DNA from: a virus | IMG/VR virus record: IMGVR_UViG_3300025117_000061 | Coordinates: 1 to 64,000 of that record | Direction: 5' to 3' (one strand) | Length of the DNA stretch: 64,000 nucleotides | Part shown: positions 35,674 to 45,323 of the stretch, piece after piece | How the letters are laid out: the number at the start of each line of letters is the position of its first letter | Numbering within the stretch: position 1 is the first letter of the stretch | Translations under genes and position numbers: made by a program | Notes under the pieces: generated by a model | The model's input: the letters and a program-made list of their open reading frames with translations, nothing else | Databases searched by the model: none | Told to the model about the DNA's origin: nothing

Positions 35674-36054
35674 CTACGCTTCGATGATTTGTTTAGCCAT
35701 GCACTTGACGATGATTTCGGTCAGTTTTTCGCTGAGTCGTTCTGCGACCATGTGGAGGATTTGTGTGTCATTGTGTATGTGACGGTCTTCTATGGGGATT
35801 TTGAGCTCGAAGGTTTTCCCGCTCAGGACCAATTTGACCATCAGTATGATTTCTCCCAGCAGAATGTCCCGGTACGCGAAGCCCGAGAAGTCGATGGTTC
35901 CCTCCTGTGTCCTCATTGATCGCAGGATGGAGGTTCTGGCCTTGTCCAGCATCTCCCCATAGAGTCGGATAGAGTCGTCAGTAGGTGCTCGCTTCTCTTC
36001 TTTGACGTATGGGACGTACTCTTTTGTGGATCTGGTCACATAGGTGTCAAACAT
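35674..36054 (-). CDS. hypothetical protein
   Basis: AAGGAG SD; EKRAPTDDSIRL. Confidence 0.65.
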   Translation of the reverse strand: MFDTYVTRSTKEYVPYVKEEKRAPTDDSIRLYGEMLDKARTSILRSMRTQEGTIDFSGFAYRDILLGEIILMVKLVLSGKTFELKIPIEDRHIHNDTQILHMVAERLSEKLTEIIVKCMAKQIIEA

Positions 36055-36083
36055 GGTCTTTGCTCCTTTGTGATTATGCGTTA

Positions 36084-36548
36084 TCAGGGAGGGCATGGCA
36101 GTAGAATCCAGTGAGTGGGGGAGACTTCGTGGAGGCAGTCGTCATCTTCGGTCCACACGCCATTATGGAATGATGCCCAGGTAGGTCTTGAGTATGTTGG
36201 GATGAAGACGAGGACTAAAGATCCATCTCTTGGTGCAGAGTGTATCGGTAGCCATTTGGGTCCCCCTGTAGTACATGGGTATGGTTCTTTTATTGGGGGT
36301 ATTGTTGTGTACAGCCCTGGTCCATAAGTGCCGTCTTCTGTCCTGGATGTGTTCTGTGTTTTGGTAGCATGGATGAGGGAAAGGATTTCCGTTACAGATT
36401 CCATTGCAAGGACGGATGAGCATGAAAGTAGGATAAAGGATTTGGCGTCAAAACTGGGGAGAGTGGGGGTGATGGAGATAATCTGTGAGATGTTGACGAC
36501 GAAGTTTCTGCCTTCGTTTGGTGAGGTAAGTTCGATAAAGCTGTTCAT
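36084..36548 (-). CDS. two-domain protein with DUF551-like C-terminus
   Basis: WLPIHSAPRDGS...PTHWILLP. Confidence 0.65.
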   Translation of the reverse strand: MNSFIELTSPNEGRNFVVNISQIISITPTLPSFDAKSFILLSCSSVLAMESVTEILSLIHATKTQNTSRTEDGTYGPGLYTTIPPIKEPYPCTTGGPKWLPIHSAPRDGSLVLVFIPTYSRPTWASFHNGVWTEDDDCLHEVSPTHWILLPCPP

Positions 36549-36639
36549 AATCTTCGCTCCTTGGTGCGGGTTGGTGGTTATCAGGGTTATCGGTTGCCAT
36601 ATCTTATTTTAGGCAACCAGATTGCCAGTTCAGCGTTGT

Positions 36640-36833
36640 GTGGTACGGATCTAAGTGATAACCATCTCCATCTTTGGAACCCCTTCAAACTGTGGTTGGG
36701 GAGGGTCTTAATGTAGCTCTTATAATAAAAGATAGAGGGCACCACAAAAAAAGTGGTACGCGGCACCACAAAATAGTTTTTGCTATGGGCCTTCTGGCAC
36801 CACATTGTTTGTGGTACGGTCATCTCGGTACGG
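36640..36833. repeat. GGCACCACA / GTGGTACG repeats (iteron/operator-like)
   Basis: GGCACCACA at 36738, 36762, 36796; GTGGTACG at 36640, 36753, 36811. Confidence 0.6.
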
Positions 36834-37133
36834 TTCATCAATTATCAAGTATCTACAAGCTTTTCTATTCTTTGTCGTCTTAAATTGCAGGTAGCCATTC
36901 ATCTCTAGTTCGTGCCGCGCCGATAAAATGGTGTTTGGGTGCATCGCCATGAGGATGCCTAGCTCTTTGTCAGAAAACCTTAGCCATCCATCTTTTTGTT
37001 TAGCTCCATTCCTTGGTCTGTTTCGGAGTCGGCACATGTGGAAGAAAAATAACTGTGCTGATTTTGATTGAAGGACAAACCGATCTTCACCGGCGGATTT
37101 GTGCGAGACCTTAAAGAAGTTATTCTTTGGCAC
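36783..37133 (-). CDS. winged-HTH replication-initiator-like protein (short)
   Basis: FFKVSH...SAQLFFFHM...SDKELG...HPNTILSARHELEMNGYL. Confidence 0.55.
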   Translation of the reverse strand: MPKNNFFKVSHKSAGEDRFVLQSKSAQLFFFHMCRLRNRPRNGAKQKDGWLRFSDKELGILMAMHPNTILSARHELEMNGYLQFKTTKNRKACRYLIIDEPYRDDRTTNNVVPEGP

Positions 37134-37332
37134 ATGCCGGCTCCTTGCTCTCGTCCTTGTTCCCGTTCCGCCCTGACTTTGCCATAAACTCATTAAGAGA
37201 CGCTTGGCTAATCCTGACGGTGTGAGAAGAAATCCGGTTCACGGATAACTGACCCGTTCTCATCCAGTAGCGCACGGTTTGGACTGAAACCGACAAGATT
37301 TCAGCCACTTGCTTGTAGGTGTACCATTTCAT
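37120..37332 (-). CDS. excisionase-like HTH (HTH_17) protein
   Basis: YTYKQVAEILSVSVQTVRYWMRTGQL...VRI. Confidence 0.75.
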   Translation of the reverse strand: MKWYTYKQVAEILSVSVQTVRYWMRTGQLSVNRISSHTVRISQASLNEFMAKSGRNGNKDESKEPACAKE

Positions 37333-37627
37333 TTTGGGCTCTCCGATTTCTGCTTGTATTTTATCTTCCACTATAGTATTAATGCTTATATAGTAGAAGA
37401 CAAACAATGTCAACCAAGATGAAGGGATGACCGATGGGTGAATTAGTTAACGGAGAGTATGAACCATGCACGAGAGATCATTGGTGTGAGAATCATTGTC
37501 CGCGACGCCTAGAATCTGAGGGCGGAATGCCGTCATGCGATTGTGACCAGTTTGAGGACGATGAGGAATAAATCATCATCAGGAGACAGAATTAAGTAGA
37601 ATGTCAACCAGAGAAAGGAGCGACAAA

Positions 37628-37864
37628 ATGAGCACCAAAGTAGAAGAGATCAAGGCGAAGAAAGAAAGCATGGGATACTATGACAAGCCCCTGTATCATC
37701 GCTGCCGGGCATGCGTGAACGTCCAGGTCAAGAAGAAAAAGAAGGAAGGCAACTACGGGAATTACTACACGGAGGCTCTTGTGTGTGGTCTCGGCGGATT
37801 TCCGGTGAAACCGAATTCGTGCTGTTCTGTTTTTGATCTCAAGGTGGGTTACAAGCCGGTGTGA
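37628..37864 (+). CDS. Cys-containing hypothetical protein
   Basis: AAGGAG SD; CRAC...C...C. Confidence 0.6.
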   Translation: MSTKVEEIKAKKESMGYYDKPLYHRCRACVNVQVKKKKKEGNYGNYYTEALVCGLGGFPVKPNSCCSVFDLKVGYKPV

Positions 37865-37997
37865 GACGGGCTCGCCAGTATGTCGAGGTCATGCGCGCCG
37901 TACTCGAGGCGTGAGACGGGGAGCCGGTTGTTGAGATGGCCACGCTGGAATCATGGAAGGCGTCACAAGCAAAGAATGAGGGATAAAAAGGGGAACC

Positions 37998-38432
37998 ATG
38001 AGGGGATATTTTGAGATCGGAATCTATCATACCAAAACAGAGGCAAATGTAGGCACCCTGTGGAGATCTGCGTATCAACTTGGGGCTAGCGGCATCTTCA
38101 CGATAGGGCGCAGATACAAGCAACAGGCCAGCGATACTGTTTGTTCCCCACGTCATATACCATTGAGACATTATGTCTCTTTCGAGGAATTCAAAGCATC
38201 GCGTCCGGTTGGGGCCGTATTGGTGGGGGTTGAAATGGGCGGGACTCCGCTAGAGGGGTGTACTCATCCCGCACAAGCTATTTATCTGTTGGGGGCTGAA
38301 GACAATGGCCTTCCAGATTCCGTAGTTCAGCAATGCAATAGGGTGATCTCGTTGTCTTCAGTGAGAGTGAATTCGTACAACGTGGCTGTCGCAGGCTCTA
38401 TTGTCATGTACCACAGGAGTTTTCTGGCATGA
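37998..38432 (+). CDS. SpoU/TrmH (SPOUT) RNA methyltransferase
   Basis: ANVGTLWRSAYQLGA; YLLGAEDNGL; SYNVAVAGSIVMY. Confidence 0.9.
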   Translation: MRGYFEIGIYHTKTEANVGTLWRSAYQLGASGIFTIGRRYKQQASDTVCSPRHIPLRHYVSFEEFKASRPVGAVLVGVEMGGTPLEGCTHPAQAIYLLGAEDNGLPDSVVQQCNRVISLSSVRVNSYNVAVAGSIVMYHRSFLA

Positions 38433-38794
38433 GACTATCGAAGCCGCAGAAGAATCTACTGGAAGAATTGCAAGAAGCAAAGGGCGCATGGTGCGAGTGC
38501 ATGGGCAGCGAATACAGGACGGCCAAGGCACTCCAAAACATGGGATTAATCGAGATCAGCGAAGAATGGGGGCCGGTCAAGACACACGATGACCGTTTCG
38601 AGGCTCGGTCTATGGCAGGCCAAATCCTTCAATCCCAGAGCGATCCAACAGTTATTTATGAGATGGGTGAGAACGGTAACCGATGGAGATGCCAGGTTCA
38701 GCCCGGTGGGGTGAATTCAATAACCCAAAAAGAAGCCGCCGAGATTGCGGCCAAGATCGTTGAGGCTCTGAATGAATGGAGGGCCAGCCAATGA
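38429..38794 (+). CDS. hypothetical protein
   Basis: ATGA overlap. Confidence 0.55.
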   Translation: MRLSKPQKNLLEELQEAKGAWCECMGSEYRTAKALQNMGLIEISEEWGPVKTHDDRFEARSMAGQILQSQSDPTVIYEMGENGNRWRCQVQPGGVNSITQKEAAEIAAKIVEALNEWRASQ

Positions 38795-39288
38795 ACGTTG
38801 ACGTAGTGGCGATGTTGCAAGGTGTCCACAACGCCAGGGATGCCAAGAAGATCCCCCAAGCCATGCACTCGGCTATTGTTCACGCGATAGTGGCCGTGGC
38901 CAAGCCTGGGCCTGTGCGACGTAGCGAGATAGACTATGGGGTGATGCTCCGGGAAATCGCGGGGGTTGATGGATTCCCGGCGTGTCAATGGGCGGGTCTG
39001 TGGCCGTATCTCGGGAAGTCCATTGCCGAAGGTATTGGCGTTGCAAGTCATGGGCACATTGAGTGTTGAGACACAAATGATTGAAGTGGTTAAAGATTTT
39101 TTGTGGGCAGCAAAGCATGGCCATTGGTATTTCGGATTTGGAAACTATCCTGGAAAGCCCATGCTATCTTTTCACCGGGTTCAGCATGACGGGCTGTGGA
39201 TCAACGCATTGCATATAGGCGCGTTTTGGGTAGAGTGCTCATATTAAAAAAATAGTCAAGGAGGAAAGGGGAGAGGACAAACACGACC

Positions 39289-39495
39289 ATGGAAAATTAC
39301 AAGTGGGGAACCGGCAAGTGGGGCCGCAAGAAGCATCTATGGAGGGGAAGCGGGGACGGAGCTTTTCCTTTTCACGCCGCATGCGATGAGCCGGCCGATG
39401 CGGTGTCTGTGGAGTGGTCGGATACCGAGCCAAGATGTAAGGCATGTTTGCGGTTGATAAGGCGAACGAAGCAGGAGGGGGGACAGGATGAATGA
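39289..39495 (+). CDS. hypothetical protein
   Basis: H...C...CKAC. Confidence 0.5.
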   Translation: MENYKWGTGKWGRKKHLWRGSGDGAFPFHAACDEPADAVSVEWSDTEPRCKACLRLIRRTKQEGGQDE

Positions 39496-39522
39496 TTGGG
39501 AGAGCCACGACAGGAGCAACCC

Positions 39523-39735
39523 ATGAACATCAGAATGACCAAGACCAGGCCGACCAAAAGAGGCGACTACCTGTGCATATTCTCCGGATCGGCTCATCCT
39601 GACTATGTGAGGGTGAGAGAGACAGAGTATGGCCTGTTTGTGTATGGCTACTCGTTTAAGATGCGGCCACTTGAGTTAATCACAGACGCTCTGTGGTCAG
39701 AAGAGATCGGTTTGGAATTTGGGGAGGGGGAGTAA
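39523..39735 (+). CDS. hypothetical protein
   Basis: TRPTKRGDY motif. Confidence 0.5.
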   Translation: MNIRMTKTRPTKRGDYLCIFSGSAHPDYVRVRETEYGLFVYGYSFKMRPLELITDALWSEEIGLEFGEGE

Positions 39736-39861
39736 TGCCAAGGGAAGGTGAATCATTTGCTTACATTTTCATCGGGTCTGTAATTATTGGGTTCGGTTTT
39801 GGATTTTGCGCCGGGATGGGAGTTTTCTTTATTTCCTGTGGGATAGCCGTGAGGATAAGCG

Positions 39862-40086
39862 ATGAGTAACAGCACCCGTGACCCAAGAAGAGATCCGATA
39901 CCAGGCGATGAGATCCAGCATTGCGTTACAGGGATAAGACGAGAAGTAGTCCCTGCGCTCAATGCCATGAGCGGCATGGTGCTATATAGAAGGGTGATGT
40001 ACTCACTTATTCGCAGATGTACGCTTGCCACCTGGCGCCAGTGGGCGAGGGGCGCGAAGGTCTTAAAGAGAGGGGATGAGCCATGA
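39862..40086 (+). CDS. hypothetical protein
   Basis: RDPRRDPIPGD...W..WA motif. Confidence 0.55.
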   Translation: MSNSTRDPRRDPIPGDEIQHCVTGIRREVVPALNAMSGMVLYRRVMYSLIRRCTLATWRQWARGAKVLKRGDEP

Positions 40087-40505
40087 ATGCGAGAGCCATA
40101 AAGAAAAAGCGTGCGCGGATGAAGACTGCCGTTGCATATCTCCAGAATTACATGAGCACGTACTCGGGCCAAGTGGGATACGAGGACTACGCCGACGAAA
40201 CTCTGATTGACGATGTTCTTTATGGGTTGGGTATGGCCCTTGATCCAGAGAACAATCAATACGGCAACGGGTTTATGCGGTTTAAGGGCATTCTCATGGA
40301 GCATCTTGCCGGGAAGCCAAAATACCTCACAGCCGATCAACTCACGGAGCCGGGGTATTACTGGTGGCTGCCGGAGAAATCTCCGTCCAGTGATTGGAGG
40401 TCAGGCGAATGGATGATCTGTCCTCTCCCGGAAGCGAAATCTCCCAAACCCAAAAAGGGCGGTGTTTTCGTTGGCCCGCTCAAGGCTCCGACGAAGAAAG
40501 GGTAA
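40083..40505 (+). CDS. hypothetical (apparently two-module) protein
   Basis: C-terminal TEPGYYWW...GPLKAP module. Confidence 0.6.
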   Translation: MNARAIKKKRARMKTAVAYLQNYMSTYSGQVGYEDYADETLIDDVLYGLGMALDPENNQYGNGFMRFKGILMEHLAGKPKYLTADQLTEPGYYWWLPEKSPSSDWRSGEWMICPLPEAKSPKPKKGGVFVGPLKAPTKKG

Positions 40506-40663
40506 GCCATGCAATCAGCACCAATAATGGAGTGGGTACAGTGCGCGAACTGCGGAGAGTGGACGCTCGTTGATCTAATACCGGGCTTCGAGTATGCGTA
40601 TTGTCCGGAGTGTGCATTTGCTCCTGTGTTGGCTTGGGGCGCAGGATGAAAGGGGGATGAGCC

Positions 40664-40918
40664 GTGACGTTTGAAGAGTGGTGGGGACAATACGCCATGG
40701 AGCAAAGAATAAACCATCCTGGCAGAGAAACCATGTTGAAATCGGGGACTAGAGCGGCTTTCGAATTGGCCGAATCCCAGTCCAATGAGCGAATTGCCGA
40801 ACTTGAACAGCTCCTTGATGATCTTACAGACATCGTGATGATCTCAGATATTATCTCGAACAAACAGGAACTGGCAGAGCGGGTAAACAAGGTGCTCACT
40901 GAAAAGTTCTTGACATGA
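40664..40918 (+). CDS. hypothetical protein
   Basis: MTFEEWW start, coiled coil. Confidence 0.55.
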   Translation: MTFEEWWGQYAMEQRINHPGRETMLKSGTRAAFELAESQSNERIAELEQLLDDLTDIVMISDIISNKQELAERVNKVLTEKFLT

Positions 40919-40929
40919 GTTTTGGAAGT

Positions 40930-40975
40930 AGAGACGGCCACCCTTTTGAGCGGGAGTGGCCGTTTCTGGTTTTAG
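40930..40975. terminator. Putative terminator between convergent genes
   Basis: ACGGCCAC...GTGGCCGT stem with T tail. Confidence 0.55.
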
Positions 40976-41211
40976 TGGGGAAGTAGTCGGTTGAGGGCTT
41001 GGTCTAGGGCTTCGGCTTGTTCTTGATTGCGAATGATCCATGTTTTGCGCTTACGGTCTCGTGATGTGTAAACGTGGTGCATTACTCCACTTGCAGCCGT
41101 GCAAACCTCATCCATGGCCTTGAGCCAGTCGGCCAAGTCGCGCTCTGGCGGACAGTGAACAAGTTCCTTGACGGTGGATATTAGGTCTTCAGCCTCGGTC
41201 TTCATGGTCAT
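40972..41211 (-). CDS. hypothetical protein
   Basis: AAGGAGG SD. Confidence 0.55.
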   Translation of the reverse strand: MTMKTEAEDLISTVKELVHCPPERDLADWLKAMDEVCTAASGVMHHVYTSRDRKRKTWIIRNQEQAEALDQALNRLLPH

Positions 41212-41221
41212 CCCTCCTTCT

Positions 41222-41941
41222 TCATGTGGTTTGTGCCTTTTTCTTCCCTCTCGGATCAACCTGTAATTTGGCGCGCGGCGCAGGTGGTACTTGAATATCT
41301 CCGCACCTTCCAGCCTTCTTCATCAGCTTTCCCATGGCCTTCTTCTCTGCGATGTCAATGGCCTGGGGGGTTATCCCCAACACTTTGGCCATTTCTCTGG
41401 TTGATTTCTCTGAAAGTCTTCGCTGCCGAATCATCCATTCTTGCCGCGGAGTGAGTTGACACAGTAGTCCGTTGAGTCTTTCTGGAGCAGACATGGATTC
41501 GGCTTCGTCTTCCGGGCTCGGCCCCGGATGTGGCAGAACATCATTGAACGTTACTGGCGTGACGGGATTTACAATATCGCAAATGATTGGAGTCTCGAAG
41601 CTTATCTCGTTACGCTTTAGTCTATAGTAGCCCTTGATGTATCGGATTATCTCCCAATGGATGGGTCTCTCTGCGTGCGTAGCGAATTTAAAACCGAGTG
41701 ATGGGTCAAAGCTGACAGAAGCGTAAATGAGCCCTTCCATCCCGGCCTGAATAAGGTCAATGAGAGGAATTCCACAATGCTTATACTTTTGCACGGCCCC
41801 AGTTACCCGGAAAAGACAGGAACAAATCAACTGATGTTTGTCGGTAGGATCTGGATTGTAGTTTGTTACTCGTTTGGCGTCGTTGTAGAAGAGTTTCAGA
41901 AGATCCAAGTCTGATGTGTCAATGTGCCTTACATTCCCCAT
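41222..41941 (-). CDS. sigma-70 family RNA polymerase sigma factor-like protein
   Basis: Region 2 DLIQAGMEGLIYA..FDPSLGFKFAT; region 4 LTPRQ...STREMAKVLGIT...EKKAMGKL. Confidence 0.85.
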   Translation of the reverse strand: MGNVRHIDTSDLDLLKLFYNDAKRVTNYNPDPTDKHQLICSCLFRVTGAVQKYKHCGIPLIDLIQAGMEGLIYASVSFDPSLGFKFATHAERPIHWEIIRYIKGYYRLKRNEISFETPIICDIVNPVTPVTFNDVLPHPGPSPEDEAESMSAPERLNGLLCQLTPRQEWMIRQRRLSEKSTREMAKVLGITPQAIDIAEKKAMGKLMKKAGRCGDIQVPPAPRAKLQVDPRGKKKAQTT

Positions 41942-42419
41942 TTATCCCCCCTTTAGTTGTGTGTGATGTGCCCTGCATTGTATGCCAATTCGGATAGATG
42001 TTCAAACCTATTTTATTTGACACGCACACATGGCTTGAGTTATCTCTTACACGTGGTGTTGGTTGTCTTTCTCCTGTGCAAGGGCTCCAGCGGGCCGTCA
42101 AAGTCGGGTTTCGATTCCCCTCCTTTCCCGGTTTCTGGCCCCGGAGCCCGATGCAACGGGGGAACCGAGAAGGAAGGGGGCTTATTGGTGGGGTGGCTTT
42201 GCCGTAAATGGTATTCTTTATTGTTCCATCGACATGCGAAGACTGACGCCACACCTACCTCTATCTCATTGATCCCATCCCTTCAAGACATTGAACGCAC
42301 CAGATCTCTCGCAATGTCCGCCCTCAGAAATCACAAATGGCCTCTCGCTAAAGCATATCTCCAAGAGCAAAAACGATACATCCGTGAATTGGAAGCCCTT
42401 CAAGAGACTAATGGAGGGG

Positions 42420-42668
42420 ATGATGCCGATTAACTCCATCCTTGCCAAAATCTCATCTTACATTGAAGCCTCAAAGGGCTCCGCAGCTTTGGCCGAGAAA
42501 GAGCTTTGGAACTTAGTTCACACTGAATCTGAATTGTTGCCCGACAAGGGGGCTCATGACCTGGCGGTTGTTGCAGGGAACCTTTCGGCTACTGGGCTAC
42601 AAATGCGTGCGCACCTTGAGGTAGTGCAGAGTTTTATTACACGGGTCATGGAGACAACGAAAAAATGA
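42420..42668 (+). CDS. hypothetical protein
   Basis: GGAGG SD. Confidence 0.5.
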   Translation: MMPINSILAKISSYIEASKGSAALAEKELWNLVHTESELLPDKGAHDLAVVAGNLSATGLQMRAHLEVVQSFITRVMETTKK

Positions 42669-42678
42669 GGCGAGAGCG

Positions 42679-42885
42679 TTGGAATGGGTAAAGCTATTCG
42701 AGGTTCCAGGCCTCCTTTTGGCGGCGGGCGTGATTGGGATGCTATTTCGGTTGCTGTCCAGGATTGTGGATCAGGAGTCGGAACGTATGCATCAGCGCAC
42801 GGAAGAGCGAGCGTTGATGGCGGAGATGGCTACCATGCTTCGCCAGTTGTGCAGGATCGACAGGGACGGGGAGCGCGACCGATGA
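42679..42885 (+). CDS. holin-like single-TM protein
   Basis: N-terminal TM plus coiled coil. Confidence 0.45.
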   Translation: MEWVKLFEVPGLLLAAGVIGMLFRLLSRIVDQESERMHQRTEERALMAEMATMLRQLCRIDRDGERDR

Positions 42886-43073
42886 AATGGCTGCGGACCT
42901 TAGTCGATATATGGAGCGGTGATTTCTGGCGGGAGGAGCGCGAGAAGTCGCGTGAGGTATTGGAAGATGCTCGAAGGGTAGTGAACGAGAGTCGCGCCAT
43001 GCTTGACGGTGAAGATGACTGGCTGATCCCCCTGGAGAGGAGAAGGCGATATTGTGACTTCCCAAAAAAATAA
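42882..43073 (+). CDS. hypothetical protein
   Basis: ATGA overlap. Confidence 0.5.
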   Translation: MKWLRTLVDIWSGDFWREEREKSREVLEDARRVVNESRAMLDGEDDWLIPLERRRRYCDFPKK

Positions 43074-43635
43074 ATCAGTCCTGAATGGATACAGGATAGC
43101 CTTCTTCTGGGCCATATCTAGCGGGCTGGTTGGCGCTGTTACGATTATAGATCACTATGAAATAGCGGACGCGCTACTTCTTTATCATGGGATTATCGCT
43201 GGCATTTGTATGATATGTGCCGTGATGTTCGCGGACTGGTGGCGAGTCAAGGGATCGGCGTCCAGCATTTTCAAATGGATCACGGTTCTACTGTTTGCAG
43301 TTGGGATTAATCAATGTGCTCAGTTTGTTTCGCACTGGGTTTCTCTTTACGGCCCGTGTTTTTATAGTGAGCTCGTGTGCTCAAGGTTTTTGGTGTGGCA
43401 ATTGGTTCCGCTGTTGGTGGCGATGGTGTACTTGCTTTCGTTTGCTATCTGGCAGCGATTCGGGCGTGGTTCAACATATCATGACGGGATTCGGAATGAT
43501 ATGGCTAATGGGTTTGAGAAGCTGTCGGCGAGAATCGTTGATGGAGAAATCAAATTCTTACATCATTCACATGACGGATTGGTGTTGGATGCCAAGATAA
43601 TTCTGAGAAACATTGAGGAGGGAGAGAGCAAATAA
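43054..43635 (+). CDS. multi-pass membrane protein
   Basis: Four hydrophobic segments. Confidence 0.65.
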   Translation: MTSQKNKSVLNGYRIAFFWAISSGLVGAVTIIDHYEIADALLLYHGIIAGICMICAVMFADWWRVKGSASSIFKWITVLLFAVGINQCAQFVSHWVSLYGPCFYSELVCSRFLVWQLVPLLVAMVYLLSFAIWQRFGRGSTYHDGIRNDMANGFEKLSARIVDGEIKFLHHSHDGLVLDAKIILRNIEEGESK

Positions 43636-43732
43636 TTAGCCTTGCAAGGGGCGTTGGTCATTCGCCTCCGTTGGGCTCTGGAATGACCGGGGCACAGCAA
43701 CCCAACGGAACAAAATAAGGAGGAAGAGAAAA

Positions 43733-44197
43733 ATGGAGAGACACAGTAAAGCACGTGGGGTCGAGAGAGTAGCTATGGCAATGGCGGCGGCAACGCTGGC
43801 GCTGATTTTCTTCGGGGCACTTTTCCTTCTTCATGGGTGTGCAGGAATGTCCACGAAAGATACGGTGGATTCAATCGCCGAGAAGGCTGGTTTTGCGGCA
43901 TATTCCTACCTTCCCAAGCATAAAGACATCATCGTCACAACCTGCACGGTCAAGGATATTGTTCAGGACAGCGACGACCCGATTGCCATCCAGGGTCTCA
44001 TCTCTGAGCAGATCGGTCGAATTTGGGTCAAAGCGACTGAGAGCGATAAAGTGTTTGTGGCTCTTTTGCTTAACGACATGGTGCGAATCATGGGGCTCAA
44101 GACCACGAATCCCACGATGACAAACGTTGTTGAGTGGCTGAGTGTGCTCGACGCTTTTTGTGGGGGTGTGGACCTGGCCTCGAAGGTGAAGGGATGA
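43733..44197 (+). CDS. lipoprotein
   Basis: Hydrophobic signal ending LLHGC. Confidence 0.65.
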   Translation: MERHSKARGVERVAMAMAAATLALIFFGALFLLHGCAGMSTKDTVDSIAEKAGFAAYSYLPKHKDIIVTTCTVKDIVQDSDDPIAIQGLISEQIGRIWVKATESDKVFVALLLNDMVRIMGLKTTNPTMTNVVEWLSVLDAFCGGVDLASKVKG

Positions 44198-44201
44198 TCC
44201 A

Positions 44202-44498
44202 ATGATGACGGAGAAATGGCAGGCGAACCAACTGGGCAGGTTACTGGTGTCCATAGCGACGTGGGTTACGTTGATTATCGTGGTCGGGCTTTGCTCAAGT
44301 TGTGCTAGCGGTGCCAACATGCGCGAGGCGCGGATCACGGTCAATCTTCCTCCTGGCATGACGGCGATTGCTACTGTTGACGCCGAGGGCAAGGGTGTCC
44401 CCGCAGTCCAGGTAAACATCGGGAACACCACGCGCACGGTGGACATCGAGACGGCGCGGGAGGCTTCGGCTACTATCCCCATGGCGGGGGCGTTGTAA
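44202..44498 (+). CDS. putative lipoprotein
   Basis: TM followed by CSSCA. Confidence 0.55.
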   Translation: MMTEKWQANQLGRLLVSIATWVTLIIVVGLCSSCASGANMREARITVNLPPGMTAIATVDAEGKGVPAVQVNIGNTTRTVDIETAREASATIPMAGAL

Positions 44499-44761
44499 TC
44501 TCATGTCAATGCGCTGCATGGTAATCACCTTCAAGGTCACTGTGACGATGAAGTCCCAGGGCACCGCAAGCTAAAACGGTCTCATGAGCGGCGCAGATTC
44601 ACCATAGAGTATTTTGCGCCACGGGATGGGGTGTGGCGTAGGTGGACCAAAAAATATGCTACCGAGAGATCCAGGGATGAAGCTGTTACGATGTTGACCG
44701 AGAAATGCCGGTCGATTGGATGGGTGTTTCGAGCTGGAAGATAAGCTGAGAGGGTAAGGAT

Positions 44762-45154
44762 ATGAGAAAGATGGGACGCAAACTATCGGTTGAGGATTCT
44801 GCCAGGATTTATGACGCAGCCGTGTCGTGCCTCAAAAGCTGTCAGACTATTGGGCACTTGGAGGTAGGCAGGAAATTTGCCAAGAGGGCAATGGCTATAT
44901 TGGAAGAAATGTCATGCAAGAGTGGGGACTTCTGTAGCGAGGCGTATTGGAGCATTCACGGCTTGATTGACAAGACGGAGAAAAGGCTGAACCCCGACAG
45001 TGCGATGATTGCACCGCATAACCCTTTGCGGCAGTTTCCGTATGGGGATTGGAGATATATTGCGGCGATGACTTCTACGCTTCCCAACTGGCTATGGGGT
45101 TTATCTTCTGACGTTCGATGTGGGCCGGCAAACCAGTCCGAAAAAAGGTTTTAA
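44762..45154 (+). CDS. hypothetical protein
   Basis: SD. Confidence 0.5.
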   Translation: MRKMGRKLSVEDSARIYDAAVSCLKSCQTIGHLEVGRKFAKRAMAILEEMSCKSGDFCSEAYWSIHGLIDKTEKRLNPDSAMIAPHNPLRQFPYGDWRYIAAMTSTLPNWLWGLSSDVRCGPANQSEKRF

Positions 45155-45323
45155 TCACAACAACATGGAAATGCACCGAATCCTAAACTGCGGCTGTGCG
45201 GCGTGCCGGATGCGAGAGCGAAATGAGCTGTGCGATGCCGAGTCTATGATCTCGCGGCTCGGTTGGATTTGGACTTGGGCGATGAAGCCGTATCGAGACA
45301 TGTGGACGTAGGGAGGTGGCAAG

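Noticed and set aside
43650-43712. HDV-like ribozyme
   Set aside because: Only 5 nt between P2 and P1', leaving no room for P3/L3; kept only as a pseudoknot.
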